Counted from the first letter of the stretch, positions 8,721 through 17,277 are shown. The stretch: DNA of 64,000 nt from Patescibacteria group bacterium (GCA_040390125.1 JAZJYZ010000001.1:70428-134427), one strand, 5' to 3'. Program-made: numbers and translations. Notes: generated by a model not told the origin, from the letters alone.

Positions 8721-9665
8721 GTGCCCAAAAACACGATACCACTGAGTAGCGGAGCACTAATGCCAGCCTTAGGCTTAGGTACTTGGAAATCCCCTGCAGA
8801 TATTGTGGGTCAGGCAGTTGAATATGCTCTTACTGAAGGTGGGTACCGACACATCGACTGTGCAGCAATCTACCAGAACGAGAAAGAAATAGGACGTGCC
8901 TTTAAAAAAGTATTCGAAGGAGGCGCCGTGAAGCGTTCTGACGTTTTTATCACGAGCAAATTATGGAATTCGGCTCATAGAAAAAATGAAGTTCGAATAG
9001 CGTGTGAAAAAACATTGTACGATTTGAATTTAAAATATTTGGATCTCTACCTTGTGCATTGGGGTATTGCTACTCCATCACACTGGGCTATACCAACTAA
9101 CGGTGGGCCAGAAGCTGAGTACGATGAACATGGAGTCTTACTACTGGAAAAAATTCCAATTCGAGAAACATGGGAAGCAATGGAGGATTTGGTGCATGCG
9201 GGTCTGGTGAAAGCGATCGGCGTTGCGAACTTCACTGCACCAATGCTCATTGATATTCTCACCTATGCAACGATACCTCCTGCCATAAACCAGATAGAGC
9301 TTCATCCGTATCTTCAACAATCTCGACTTGTTGAGTTCTGCCAGCAAAAAAACATTGCGGTTACCGCATATTCCCCCCTTGGCTCTCCTGGGAATTACAC
9401 GAAATCAAATGTGCTAGAAGATGCATTGATCACAGAAATTGCAGAGACTCACAAAAAGTCCCCTGCCCAAGTATTAATCCGCTTCGCACTCGAGAGAAAC
9501 ACCATTGTTATTCCAAAAAGCACCTCCCCCGAAAGAATTAAAGAAAATATAGATGTGTTTGATTTTGAACTATCAGACCCTGAAATGGCAAAGCTCCGAG
9601 CACTAGAGCAGGGGCTTCGTTTTGTTGATCCATATGAATGGGGTAAAGTGCCGTATTTCGACTGA
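8721..9665 (+). CDS. Aldo/keto reductase
   Basis: GLGTW, GYRHIDCA, TSKLW, LDLYLVHW, IPKS. Confidence 0.95.
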   Translation: MPKNTIPLSSGALMPALGLGTWKSPADIVGQAVEYALTEGGYRHIDCAAIYQNEKEIGRAFKKVFEGGAVKRSDVFITSKLWNSAHRKNEVRIACEKTLYDLNLKYLDLYLVHWGIATPSHWAIPTNGGPEAEYDEHGVLLLEKIPIRETWEAMEDLVHAGLVKAIGVANFTAPMLIDILTYATIPPAINQIELHPYLQQSRLVEFCQQKNIAVTAYSPLGSPGNYTKSNVLEDALITEIAETHKKSPAQVLIRFALERNTIVIPKSTSPERIKENIDVFDFELSDPEMAKLRALEQGLRFVDPYEWGKVPYFD

Positions 9666-9680
9666 ATCAATACAACGTAC

Positions 9681-10811
9681 ATGAAGCTGATTACGGTCAA
9701 CATTGAAGGCGACAAACACTTGGAACGTGTACTAGCTTTTTTAGAACGTGAACATGCGGACGTGATATGCATGCAAGAGCTTTTTGTAACAGATGCCGTG
9801 TTTTTTTCAGAGCGACTGAATATGCAGTATGCATACTCCCCTATGCTTTACGCAAAACGTAAAAAGTCTGATCTCGAAACAGGCGAAGAATTAGGTATAG
9901 GAATTTTTTCACACACTCCTTTAACCGATGTGAAATCACAAAACTATTGGTCACCGAGCGACACACTAGAACAATTTGACAGTACCGATGTGCACACCAA
10001 GCGTAAAACTGAAAGACATGTCCTTTTGTCAGGGAACATAGACATAGCCGGGGAACTATTTACAATTGCAACAACACATTTCACCTGGACGCCAAACGGA
10101 CTGCCTGACCACTATCAAGAAACTGACGCTGAAGCACTGCTTTCTCTTCTCTCTAGAATGCCCGAGGTAATTGTATGTGGAGATTTCAATATTCCTCGTG
10201 GACACAATAACCTATACAAAAAAATCACTACGATCTATAAGGATGCAATACCCACTTCATACATTTCGAGCTTAGACCTTACCTTGCATCGTGCGGGGAA
10301 AGACCCGATAGAAGCGACGAATTTGGCAAAGTTCATGGTCGATTACATTTTCCTTTCAAAGAAGTATGAGGCAACAGAAGTACGCCTTGAGGGAAACATC
10401 AGCGATCACATGGCAGTGATAGGAACTATACATGTGCTACACCCGGGTGTAGCACATGTAACGAAATATGCAGGGACAGTAGCACGAGGAGAAAGCACGG
10501 GAACACGACTCGGCTTCCCTACCGCAAACATTCCCCTTCAAGATGCGAAACTAACGGGCATCTACGCTGGCACAGTCATCGTTCAGGGCACTTCCTATCA
10601 GGCGGGTATATACGCAAACCAGCATCGACACATTCTTGAAGCACATGTATTGGATTTTTCGGGAGATCTGTATGGAAAAACAATCACGATTACTCTCGAT
10701 AAAAAAATCCGTGATGACAAAGAGTTCGCCTCTTTCTCAAACGAAGCAGAGCTCTCAAAGACGATTGCGGACGACATCAGACAGGTTCGTGAATATTTCA
10801 ATAAATCCTAA
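9681..10811 (+). CDS. Fusion protein: EEP domain plus C-terminal riboflavin kinase domain
   Basis: N-terminal LITVNIE, MQE, GDFN, VDYIF, SDH; C-terminal GTRLGFPTAN, GIYAG, LEAHVLDFSGDLYG. Confidence 0.85.
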   Translation: MKLITVNIEGDKHLERVLAFLEREHADVICMQELFVTDAVFFSERLNMQYAYSPMLYAKRKKSDLETGEELGIGIFSHTPLTDVKSQNYWSPSDTLEQFDSTDVHTKRKTERHVLLSGNIDIAGELFTIATTHFTWTPNGLPDHYQETDAEALLSLLSRMPEVIVCGDFNIPRGHNNLYKKITTIYKDAIPTSYISSLDLTLHRAGKDPIEATNLAKFMVDYIFLSKKYEATEVRLEGNISDHMAVIGTIHVLHPGVAHVTKYAGTVARGESTGTRLGFPTANIPLQDAKLTGIYAGTVIVQGTSYQAGIYANQHRHILEAHVLDFSGDLYGKTITITLDKKIRDDKEFASFSNEAELSKTIADDIRQVREYFNKS

Positions 10812-10831
10812 TTACACGGTATCCTGAATCA

Positions 10832-11755
10832 ATGAATTTCTTTAAAAAATACGCTCCGTTTCTTGTCCTTTTTGCGGCGATGCTTTGGGCAACAGATGCA
10901 CCTTTCCGTATCCATTTAACCGAAGGTCTTTCAAGTAATTTTATTGTTCTTGGTGAGCACTTCATCGCCATACTATTTGTATTACCTATACTCCTTCTCA
11001 ATTTCAGAGAACTAAAAAAATTAAAACTAAAAGAGTGGTTAGCGGTTCTCTTCATTGCTATTGGCGGAAGTGCCCTTGCATCCATTGCGTTTACCCAAGC
11101 ATTCCATTACCTCAACCCATCGGTTGCAATTCTCTTACAGAAACTTCAACCATTCATGGTGATTGGTTTAGCGGCAGTCGTTTTGAAAGAAACACTGGGC
11201 AAGCGTTTTTGGCTTTTCGCTCTGGTCTCAATCGTGGGTGCATACCTCATCTCATTCCCTAATCTTATTCCGCAAACGTATCCCGGTGAGACATTTAATG
11301 CGAACCTGCTTGGCGTAGGACTCGCACTCATCGCTGCATTCTTCTGGGGTGCATCGACGGTGTTTGGTAAGGTGGTGCTGAATAAAACAAACTTTAAAGT
11401 TATGACGTCGCTCCGGTTTTGCGTTGCGTTTGTGTTTCTTGTTTTCTTGAACCTATTCCAACACTCGTTCCCCGAATGGAGCACCGTTACATCAACTGAC
11501 TATCTCTTCATATTCATAATCGGCATCACCTCAGGAGTGGTCTCACTCTTCATCTACTACAAAGGGCTTGAGAACACGAGTGCATCAGTTGCGACAATGG
11601 CGGAACTCGGCTTCCCTCTTGGGGCAGTTGTCGTGAACTGGATATTCCTAGGCGCCATTCTTCTCCCGATGCAAATCTTTGGCATGGCAATTCTACTGTT
11701 GGGTGTATACGGACTTGCGAAATACAACCGGGCATCTGAAGTGGCTAGCGTTTAG
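10832..11755 (+). CDS. DMT/EamA family transporter
   Basis: About 10 TM in two EamA repeats; LQKLQP, LKETL motifs. Confidence 0.9.
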   Translation: MNFFKKYAPFLVLFAAMLWATDAPFRIHLTEGLSSNFIVLGEHFIAILFVLPILLLNFRELKKLKLKEWLAVLFIAIGGSALASIAFTQAFHYLNPSVAILLQKLQPFMVIGLAAVVLKETLGKRFWLFALVSIVGAYLISFPNLIPQTYPGETFNANLLGVGLALIAAFFWGASTVFGKVVLNKTNFKVMTSLRFCVAFVFLVFLNLFQHSFPEWSTVTSTDYLFIFIIGITSGVVSLFIYYKGLENTSASVATMAELGFPLGAVVVNWIFLGAILLPMQIFGMAILLLGVYGLAKYNRASEVASV

Positions 11756-11808
11756 GGTTTAGTGCTCAGGGAACTCCCCTAAACGCTAAACGCTGTTCAC
11801 TAACCCCT
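11744..11808. repeat. Inverted pair of 7-nt repeat arrays between convergent genes
   Basis: GCTAGCG TTTAGGG TTTAGTG CTCAGGG / CCCTAAA CGCTAAA CGCTGTT CACTAAC. Confidence 0.8.
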
Positions 11809-12501
11809 GCGCTCTATCTCCTCAATCGATTTGTTGCGGTGCATGATTTCATCATTTCTCACTGACCTGAAGAATTCGTATTGATTCGGGGCCTCTCTAC
11901 CGTACCACTCAAGATATTTACTCACCATCGGTTTCTTTTTTAATTCTTCGCCGTTCGCTTCAAGAAAGCGAGAATACTGCTCAAATGCATGAGACTCAAA
12001 AAGATAGTTGAGCTCCAGTGCATTTCGTGGATTAAAAACATACAACCAGTAGGCCGCCCAAAAATAGAAGAAAGCAAAAAGCATCGGTATGACAGTGTGC
12101 ACAAGCACGTTGTCTTTCTGTTCAGCCTTGGCAAGCGCTGAAATTACTACAACATGCATTGTTTCGTTGTCTGTTGCTAAGCGAGCAAATTGCGAGAGTT
12201 TTGCAAGTCGCATAGCTTTACTCTCATTTTGATAAAACATTGTGAGAAAAGTAAATGCAGCAGAGTCCCATGAATGGTATGGGACGCGCGCAATCACTTC
12301 CACTGCTCTGAATTTCAAATATGAAGGTGCCTTGCCGTATACGGTATTCCCGCACCACACGAGCATGTGACCAAGAATACGTGGAAGTAAGTGGGGCTTG
12401 TAGTCATCGTATGGCTTTTTATATTCTTCGAGGGTGGTGGGATCATTGAGTGAAGCATTTAAAGCCTCAAGTTCTTCGTGCGTCTGCTCCATGCCGTACA
12501 T
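11800..12501 (-). CDS. Alternative oxidase (AOX/PTOX) family di-iron protein
   Basis: EVIARVPY, NETMH, FESHA..QY, RNDEIMH iron-ligand motifs. Confidence 0.85.
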   Translation of the reverse strand: MYGMEQTHEELEALNASLNDPTTLEEYKKPYDDYKPHLLPRILGHMLVWCGNTVYGKAPSYLKFRAVEVIARVPYHSWDSAAFTFLTMFYQNESKAMRLAKLSQFARLATDNETMHVVVISALAKAEQKDNVLVHTVIPMLFAFFYFWAAYWLYVFNPRNALELNYLFESHAFEQYSRFLEANGEELKKKPMVSKYLEWYGREAPNQYEFFRSVRNDEIMHRNKSIEEIERRG

Positions 12502-12568
12502 TGTAAACCAGTTCTTTTAAAGGAACGAGTGCCCTGTATGGTCTCAAAATGAGGTTATACTAAGCGGA

Positions 12569-13030
12569 ATGGAAAAACAGATACTCGCAAGCTGGCAAGC
12601 TCGGGAATATGAGTTTCGCCCTAAAGAACAGCAATGGTATTGGATAGTAGGTATTGTTGCGGTGGGTGCAGCTGTTGCAGCATTCATTCTCACTGATTAT
12701 CTTTTTTCTTTCATCGCAATCATAAGTGGGTTTGCCATCATGCTCGTTGGTTCAAAAAAACCTCAACGCCACAAGTATAGTCTTACGGAGCGAGGATTCT
12801 ACATTGGCACACACCTCATCCCCTATTCCCAAATGACAAAATTCGCCATCCGTGAAGACGAACCTAGGAAACTGAGTATTGAAACAAAGGGACTCACGGG
12901 AACCCTCAGTGCCCCGCTTGGAGACACGGACCATCGTGCAATTCGCACTGAACTCAAAAATAGGAACATCGAGGAAGTAGAGTCACTTGATTCATTTATA
13001 GATCAAGTAGTGAGGGGGATGGGACTTTGA
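12569..13030 (+). CDS. Hypothetical membrane protein (2 TM plus PH-like domain)
   Basis: 153-aa ORF, WQAREY N-terminus; TATACT -10 upstream. Confidence 0.75.
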   Translation: MEKQILASWQAREYEFRPKEQQWYWIVGIVAVGAAVAAFILTDYLFSFIAIISGFAIMLVGSKKPQRHKYSLTERGFYIGTHLIPYSQMTKFAIREDEPRKLSIETKGLTGTLSAPLGDTDHRAIRTELKNRNIEEVESLDSFIDQVVRGMGL

Positions 13031-13033
13031 ACT

Positions 13034-13069
13034 AGGCGATGCCCCATCGGATCCGCAGGGATCATTTAG
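13034..13069 (+). repeat. 36-bp double mini-hairpin repeat, copy 1
   Basis: 32/36 identical to 39653-39688. Confidence 0.8.
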
Positions 13070-13234
13070 TGTTTAGGGGATAGGGTCTAGAGAAAACACA
13101 TAGGACAGTGTTTTTTCGGGGTTTTGTGCTAAATTTGAACGACTGTTCGTAGGCAACTGCTCCCGTAAGCGAAGCTTTCGGGGGCTCGCTCGAAGAGTAT
13201 GAAAATGCTAGCATTTTCATGTTCCTTCTCTCTC

Positions 13235-13306
13235 GCTCCCGTCGTTCAATGGATAGGACATATCCTTGCGGAGGATACGATGTGGGTTCGATTCCTGCCG
13301 GGAGCA
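13235..13306 (+). tRNA. tRNA-Arg(GCG), no encoded CCA
   Basis: GCTCCCG...CGGGAGC-A; anticodon arm TATCC-TTGCGGA-GGATA. Confidence 0.93.
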
Positions 13307-13511
13307 CAGGTATAGAAAAAGTCGGGATTACTCCCGACTTTTTCTATACTCTAAATGTGCTCCCGGCAGGAATCGAACTGCGGGCCGCAGGGAGCGATGA
13401 GCGACCGTAGGTTTCGAGTCGTAGCAACGACGAGAGGCGATTCCTGCCGCAACTCGTGACCGATTCCTGCTGAGAGGCGATTCCTGCCAAAATGCACGAC
13501 CGATTCCTAAT
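13307..13511 (+). repeat. tRNA 3'-trailer element: 18-bp hairpin, 23-nt antisense tRNA copy, tandem T-arm fragments
   Basis: 13356-13378 is the reverse complement of 13286-13308; CGATTCCT at 13438, 13461, 13478 and 13501. Confidence 0.85.
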
Positions 13512-13513
13512 AA

Positions 13514-13550
13514 AAAAATAAAACCTCGCAAATGGCGAGGTTTTATTTTT
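13514..13550. terminator. Bidirectional intrinsic terminator
   Basis: AAAAATAAAACCTCGC-aaatg-GCGAGGTTTTATTTTT. Confidence 0.8.
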
Positions 13551-13568
13551 AGAAAATCTTAATCCCCC

Positions 13569-13745
13569 CTACTCAGCGTTAGCCGCATCTATTTCTTGTC
13601 CGCAAAACTCATTGCCACAGATACCAGTCTTTCGATCCTTCAAACCTACATGGCAAATTCCACACCTTACCCCCGTTTCTCTCGAAACTGAAGTTCCACC
13701 AATGAGGCCTCTTTCAAGAGCACTCCATCTATCTGCACTAGACAT
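13569..13745 (-). CDS. 58-aa small protein with CxxC...CxxxxC (not in the ORF track)
   Basis: MSSADRWSALERGLIGGTSVSRETGVRCGICHVGLKDRKTGICGNEFCGQEIDAANAE*; starts 13 nt after rpsT and is followed by a terminator. Confidence 0.6.
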   Translation of the reverse strand: MSSADRWSALERGLIGGTSVSRETGVRCGICHVGLKDRKTGICGNEFCGQEIDAANAE

Positions 13746-13758
13746 AATTCTACGAAAT

Positions 13759-14022
13759 TTATTTCCCTGACTTCTTCAAAAGTGCAGAAAGACGAGCTTT
13801 CTTGCGGGAGGCAGTGTTCTTTTTGATAACCCCACGCTTTGCTGCCTTATCTATAACGCTATATGCCTTTGCGAGCTCAATCATCTGTTCCTTTCTGTCT
13901 TTACCAACGAATGAACGTGCTACTTTGACGCCCTCTGCCATAGCTCGCTTCCGACGGATATTGAAAACACGCTTACGTAGCGACGCACGATGTGCCTTTT
14001 TTGCTCCCTTTGTTATTGCCAT
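13759..14022 (-). CDS. rpsT: 30S ribosomal protein S20
   Basis: MAITKGAKKA, IDKAAKRGVIKKNTASRKKARL. Confidence 0.95.
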   Translation of the reverse strand: MAITKGAKKAHRASLRKRVFNIRRKRAMAEGVKVARSFVGKDRKEQMIELAKAYSVIDKAAKRGVIKKNTASRKKARLSALLKKSGK

Positions 14023-14046
14023 AGTGTTCGCAGGCTACCATGAGTG

Positions 14047-14108
14047 GATTCAAGATTCAAGATTCACGAGCTAAAACTGTCCACTGTACACTCTTCGCTG
14101 TACACTAT
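14047..14108. repeat. 7-nt repeat arrays upstream of ruvA
   Basis: GATTCAA GATTCAA GATTCAC; AACTGTC CACTGTA CACTCTT CGCTGTA CACTATT. Confidence 0.7.
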
Positions 14109-14112
14109 TCTC

Positions 14113-14685
14113 ATGATTGGCTCTTTAGACGGCACTGTGCGGGGGATAATCCGTGACAGCATCATTCTTGAAATAAACGGGGTTGGCTACCGTGTGGCGG
14201 TACCAATACCAACGCTCACAGGCGCAAAAGAAAACGACCATCTGTTCCTCTGGACACATATGGCAGTGCGGGAAACTGCCCAAGATCTCTACGGATTTGA
14301 AACACAAAACGAATTGTCGTGGTTTGAGCTACTCCTCAGTGTTTCGGGTATAGGCCCTAAATCAGCACTGAACATCATGAATACGGTTGATACTAAATCT
14401 TTAGAAAGTGCGATTGGTAGAAATGATGCAGGTATGCTCTCAAAATCGTTTGGAATCGGAAAGAAAACTGCAGAAAAAATAGTACTGGAACTTCGAGAGA
14501 AGGTTGGCTCCATTCAAGACAAAGGAACCGAAAGCGGGTCTGATGGTGATGTGGTTGATGCACTCGTAGGCTTGGGATATTCACTTCGTGAAGCTAGGGA
14601 CGCCGTACATGCGGTTTCCAAAGATCTGGTAACGCCGGAAGCACGCTTACGCGGTGCAATTCGCATTGCATCACGCTCTCGCTAA
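14113..14685 (+). CDS. ruvA: Holliday junction DNA helicase RuvA
   Basis: MIGSLDG start, GVGYRV, LYGF, VSGIGPKSA, GIGKKTAEKI. Confidence 0.95.
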   Translation: MIGSLDGTVRGIIRDSIILEINGVGYRVAVPIPTLTGAKENDHLFLWTHMAVRETAQDLYGFETQNELSWFELLLSVSGIGPKSALNIMNTVDTKSLESAIGRNDAGMLSKSFGIGKKTAEKIVLELREKVGSIQDKGTESGSDGDVVDALVGLGYSLREARDAVHAVSKDLVTPEARLRGAIRIASRSR

Positions 14686-14690
14686 CACCC

Positions 14691-15968
14691 ATGCACAATT
14701 TGCTGAAAAAAGTTCTCCAAACACTCATTCCTCCATTTATATTTTCTCGCTTACTTGCGACGTATCATTTTCTGTTTGCATGGGGGGCAACAATACGTTA
14801 CGGATTCCCCTCTCGAAAACTTTTCGTCATTGGTGTTACTGGCACTAAAGGAAAATCGTCCGTTTCTGAAATGATGAATGCGATTCTTGAGGAAGCCGGA
14901 TACCGCACTGCACTTGCAAATACCATTCGTTTTAAGATAGATAAAAATTCAAAACCAAATCTCTTTAAAATGACCATGCCGGGACGAGGATTTCTTCAGA
15001 AATTCTTAAGGGAAGCGAAAAATAAAGACTGCACGCACGTGGTGTTAGAAATCACCTCCGAGGGTGCCAGGCAATTCAGGCACCAAGGCATTGACCTTAA
15101 TGCACTCATCTTCACCAATATTGCGCCTGAACATATTGAATCGCATGGCTCATTTGAAGCATACAAGCAAGCGAAGTTGGCTATCGGCATGTCACTCGTG
15201 CACTCACCAAAACGTCCACGCATCGTAGTAGCAAACGCCGAAGACGAAGTTGGAAAAAAATTCCTTACACTGCCCGTCGAGCACGTGCTCCCTTTTCATC
15301 TTGATGATGCGAAACCATATGAAACCAGAACAAATAAAATCTCAATGACATTCGATGGAGTTACCTTCGATATGCCGTTTCCAGGAATCTTCACCATTTT
15401 AAATGCACTTGCGGTAAGTACCCTTGCTCGAGCTCTGAACATCAACGCCGAAACAATAGGCCACGCTCTTCAGCATATACAGCCTATCCGTGGGCGAGTT
15501 GAGAGAATAGAATGCGGACAAACATTCACAGCAGTCGTGGACTATGCACACACCACAGATTCCCTCAAAGCGCTCTACGGTGCATTCCCTCAAACACGAA
15601 AAATTTGCGTGCTTGGAAATACTGGCGGTGGCAGAGACAGCTGGAAACGTAAAGAAATGGGTGCTATCGCAGATCAACTATGCGACACAGTGATTCTCAC
15701 CGATGAAGACCCGTACGATGAGAACCCGACGGATATCGTCAGAGCTATGGCCGAAGGAATGTCACGACCACCTCTCATAATTATGGATCGACGAGAGGCA
15801 ATTGCACATGCGCTAAAAGAAGCCCGCAAAGGAGATGCGGTATTGATTACTGGCAAAGGGACAGACCCATACATAATGGGACCACAAGGGACTAAAACAC
15901 CTTGGTCAGACTCCAGTGTGGTTCGGGAAGAACTTGAAAAGTTACTGCATGAAGAAGACTCAGATTAA
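14691..15968 (+). CDS. murE: Mur ligase, MurE-like
   Basis: GVTGTKGKS, EITS, FTNIAPEH, VDYAHT, GGGRD, TDEDP, TGKG. Confidence 0.85.
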   Translation: MHNLLKKVLQTLIPPFIFSRLLATYHFLFAWGATIRYGFPSRKLFVIGVTGTKGKSSVSEMMNAILEEAGYRTALANTIRFKIDKNSKPNLFKMTMPGRGFLQKFLREAKNKDCTHVVLEITSEGARQFRHQGIDLNALIFTNIAPEHIESHGSFEAYKQAKLAIGMSLVHSPKRPRIVVANAEDEVGKKFLTLPVEHVLPFHLDDAKPYETRTNKISMTFDGVTFDMPFPGIFTILNALAVSTLARALNINAETIGHALQHIQPIRGRVERIECGQTFTAVVDYAHTTDSLKALYGAFPQTRKICVLGNTGGGRDSWKRKEMGAIADQLCDTVILTDEDPYDENPTDIVRAMAEGMSRPPLIIMDRREAIAHALKEARKGDAVLITGKGTDPYIMGPQGTKTPWSDSSVVREELEKLLHEEDSD

Positions 15969-15998
15969 AAACAAGTAGTATCATTACATTAAATTTAT

Positions 15999-16982
15999 AT
16001 GGGGAACGCAAAGAGTGACTTCATGATTGTAATCTTGCTTGTGATAGCACTCGGCATTGCGTGGGTGATGACTGGTGGCCCAAGTAATCCTATGACACAT
16101 CAAGGCGGGCTTTTCAGTGCCCCATGGCCCTTAGGAGACGGAGGAAACGCATACACAGTGCCAACTATTCCCTTGGAATCAGGTAGTGTGTCTTCAAACA
16201 ACGAAGTAGCCCCAACAGCTCCAACAAACTCAACCACAAAATCAAAAACAACCGTTTTTGATTACTTTTTTGGATACCGTCCTGGTGTGGGCGCCGTAGC
16301 AGATCCGAGTGCTTCACCCTATGCATCGTATGTGCGACTAGAAAGAGGTAATGCAGAGAATACAGACCCCAAAAAAGAATACGTGACCATCCGCACGTCA
16401 GGCTCTCTCCAAAACAGCGTGACGATTACCGGCTGGGCACTGCAGAGCACGACAAACAACCTGCATGTCGTCATAGGTTCTGCAGCACAAATTCCATCCT
16501 TGGGTGGTCTAAACACCGACACACCAATCACACTCGGTTCAGACAGCGTTGTCTCCATAACAACAGGTCGCTCCCCAAATGGCGCATCGTTTCGCTTAAA
16601 TATGTGCACTGGGTATTTTGAGCAGTTCCAAGATTTTTCACCATCACTTCCGCAAGAATGCCCGAGACCCCGAGATGAAATGTATCTTTTTCCTGAAAAA
16701 ACCGCAGGCAATGCAGAGTGTGAAAACTTCATCAACACGCTCAACCAATGCACACTTACAGTTACAGAAATCCCTGGAAAAATTGGCAACTCCTGCCAAG
16801 ATTTCGTACTCACTAACCTCTCCTATAACGGATGCATCGCGAAGCACAGGAATGACCCCGACTTCTATCACAATGAATGGCGTGTCTTTTTAGGGCGTGA
16901 CCAAGAACTTTGGAATAATAGCCACGACCGCATTCTCCTTCTTGATGAAAATGGGAAATTAGTGTCGGTAGTGAGTTACTGA
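15999..16982 (+). CDS. Membrane-anchored Cys-containing protein, lamin-tail-like domain
   Basis: N-terminal TM; EYVTI...ITGWAL...LWNN..D.I.L.D..G pattern. Confidence 0.65.
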   Translation: MGNAKSDFMIVILLVIALGIAWVMTGGPSNPMTHQGGLFSAPWPLGDGGNAYTVPTIPLESGSVSSNNEVAPTAPTNSTTKSKTTVFDYFFGYRPGVGAVADPSASPYASYVRLERGNAENTDPKKEYVTIRTSGSLQNSVTITGWALQSTTNNLHVVIGSAAQIPSLGGLNTDTPITLGSDSVVSITTGRSPNGASFRLNMCTGYFEQFQDFSPSLPQECPRPRDEMYLFPEKTAGNAECENFINTLNQCTLTVTEIPGKIGNSCQDFVLTNLSYNGCIAKHRNDPDFYHNEWRVFLGRDQELWNNSHDRILLLDENGKLVSVVSY

Positions 16983-16986
16983 TTTT

Positions 16987-17256
16987 CTACTTCTTCTTTG
17001 TGGTTGGAGGTACAGTCACATCATTGGGGTGCACCGACATCAGCCCTTTACCTTTTTCACCGTCCTTACGCTGAATACGCACGTACCCGTCATGAGCTCG
17101 GGCTTTGATGATGTAACGATGCCCATGCATTTCTACTATACGCCCAACACGTAATTTTTTAGACCTCCAAATTTCGAACATCCTCTTTCTAAAAAGATTA
17201 GCCGCATGTCGCATCTCAGCAACAAGATTAGAACCTATACCATGACGATTCTCCAT
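16987..17256 (-). CDS. Hypothetical protein
   Basis: 89-aa ORF filling the gap downstream of the TrmH-family gene. Confidence 0.55.
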   Translation of the reverse strand: MENRHGIGSNLVAEMRHAANLFRKRMFEIWRSKKLRVGRIVEMHGHRYIIKARAHDGYVRIQRKDGEKGKGLMSVHPNDVTVPPTTKKK

Positions 17257-17277
17257 AATTCGTAGGAGTCTAATTGT

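Noticed and set aside
13432-13511. Repeat-spacer-like pattern as a mini CRISPR array
   Set aside because: Repeats are only 8-17 nt, match the tRNA T-arm, spacers are too short, and there are no cas genes
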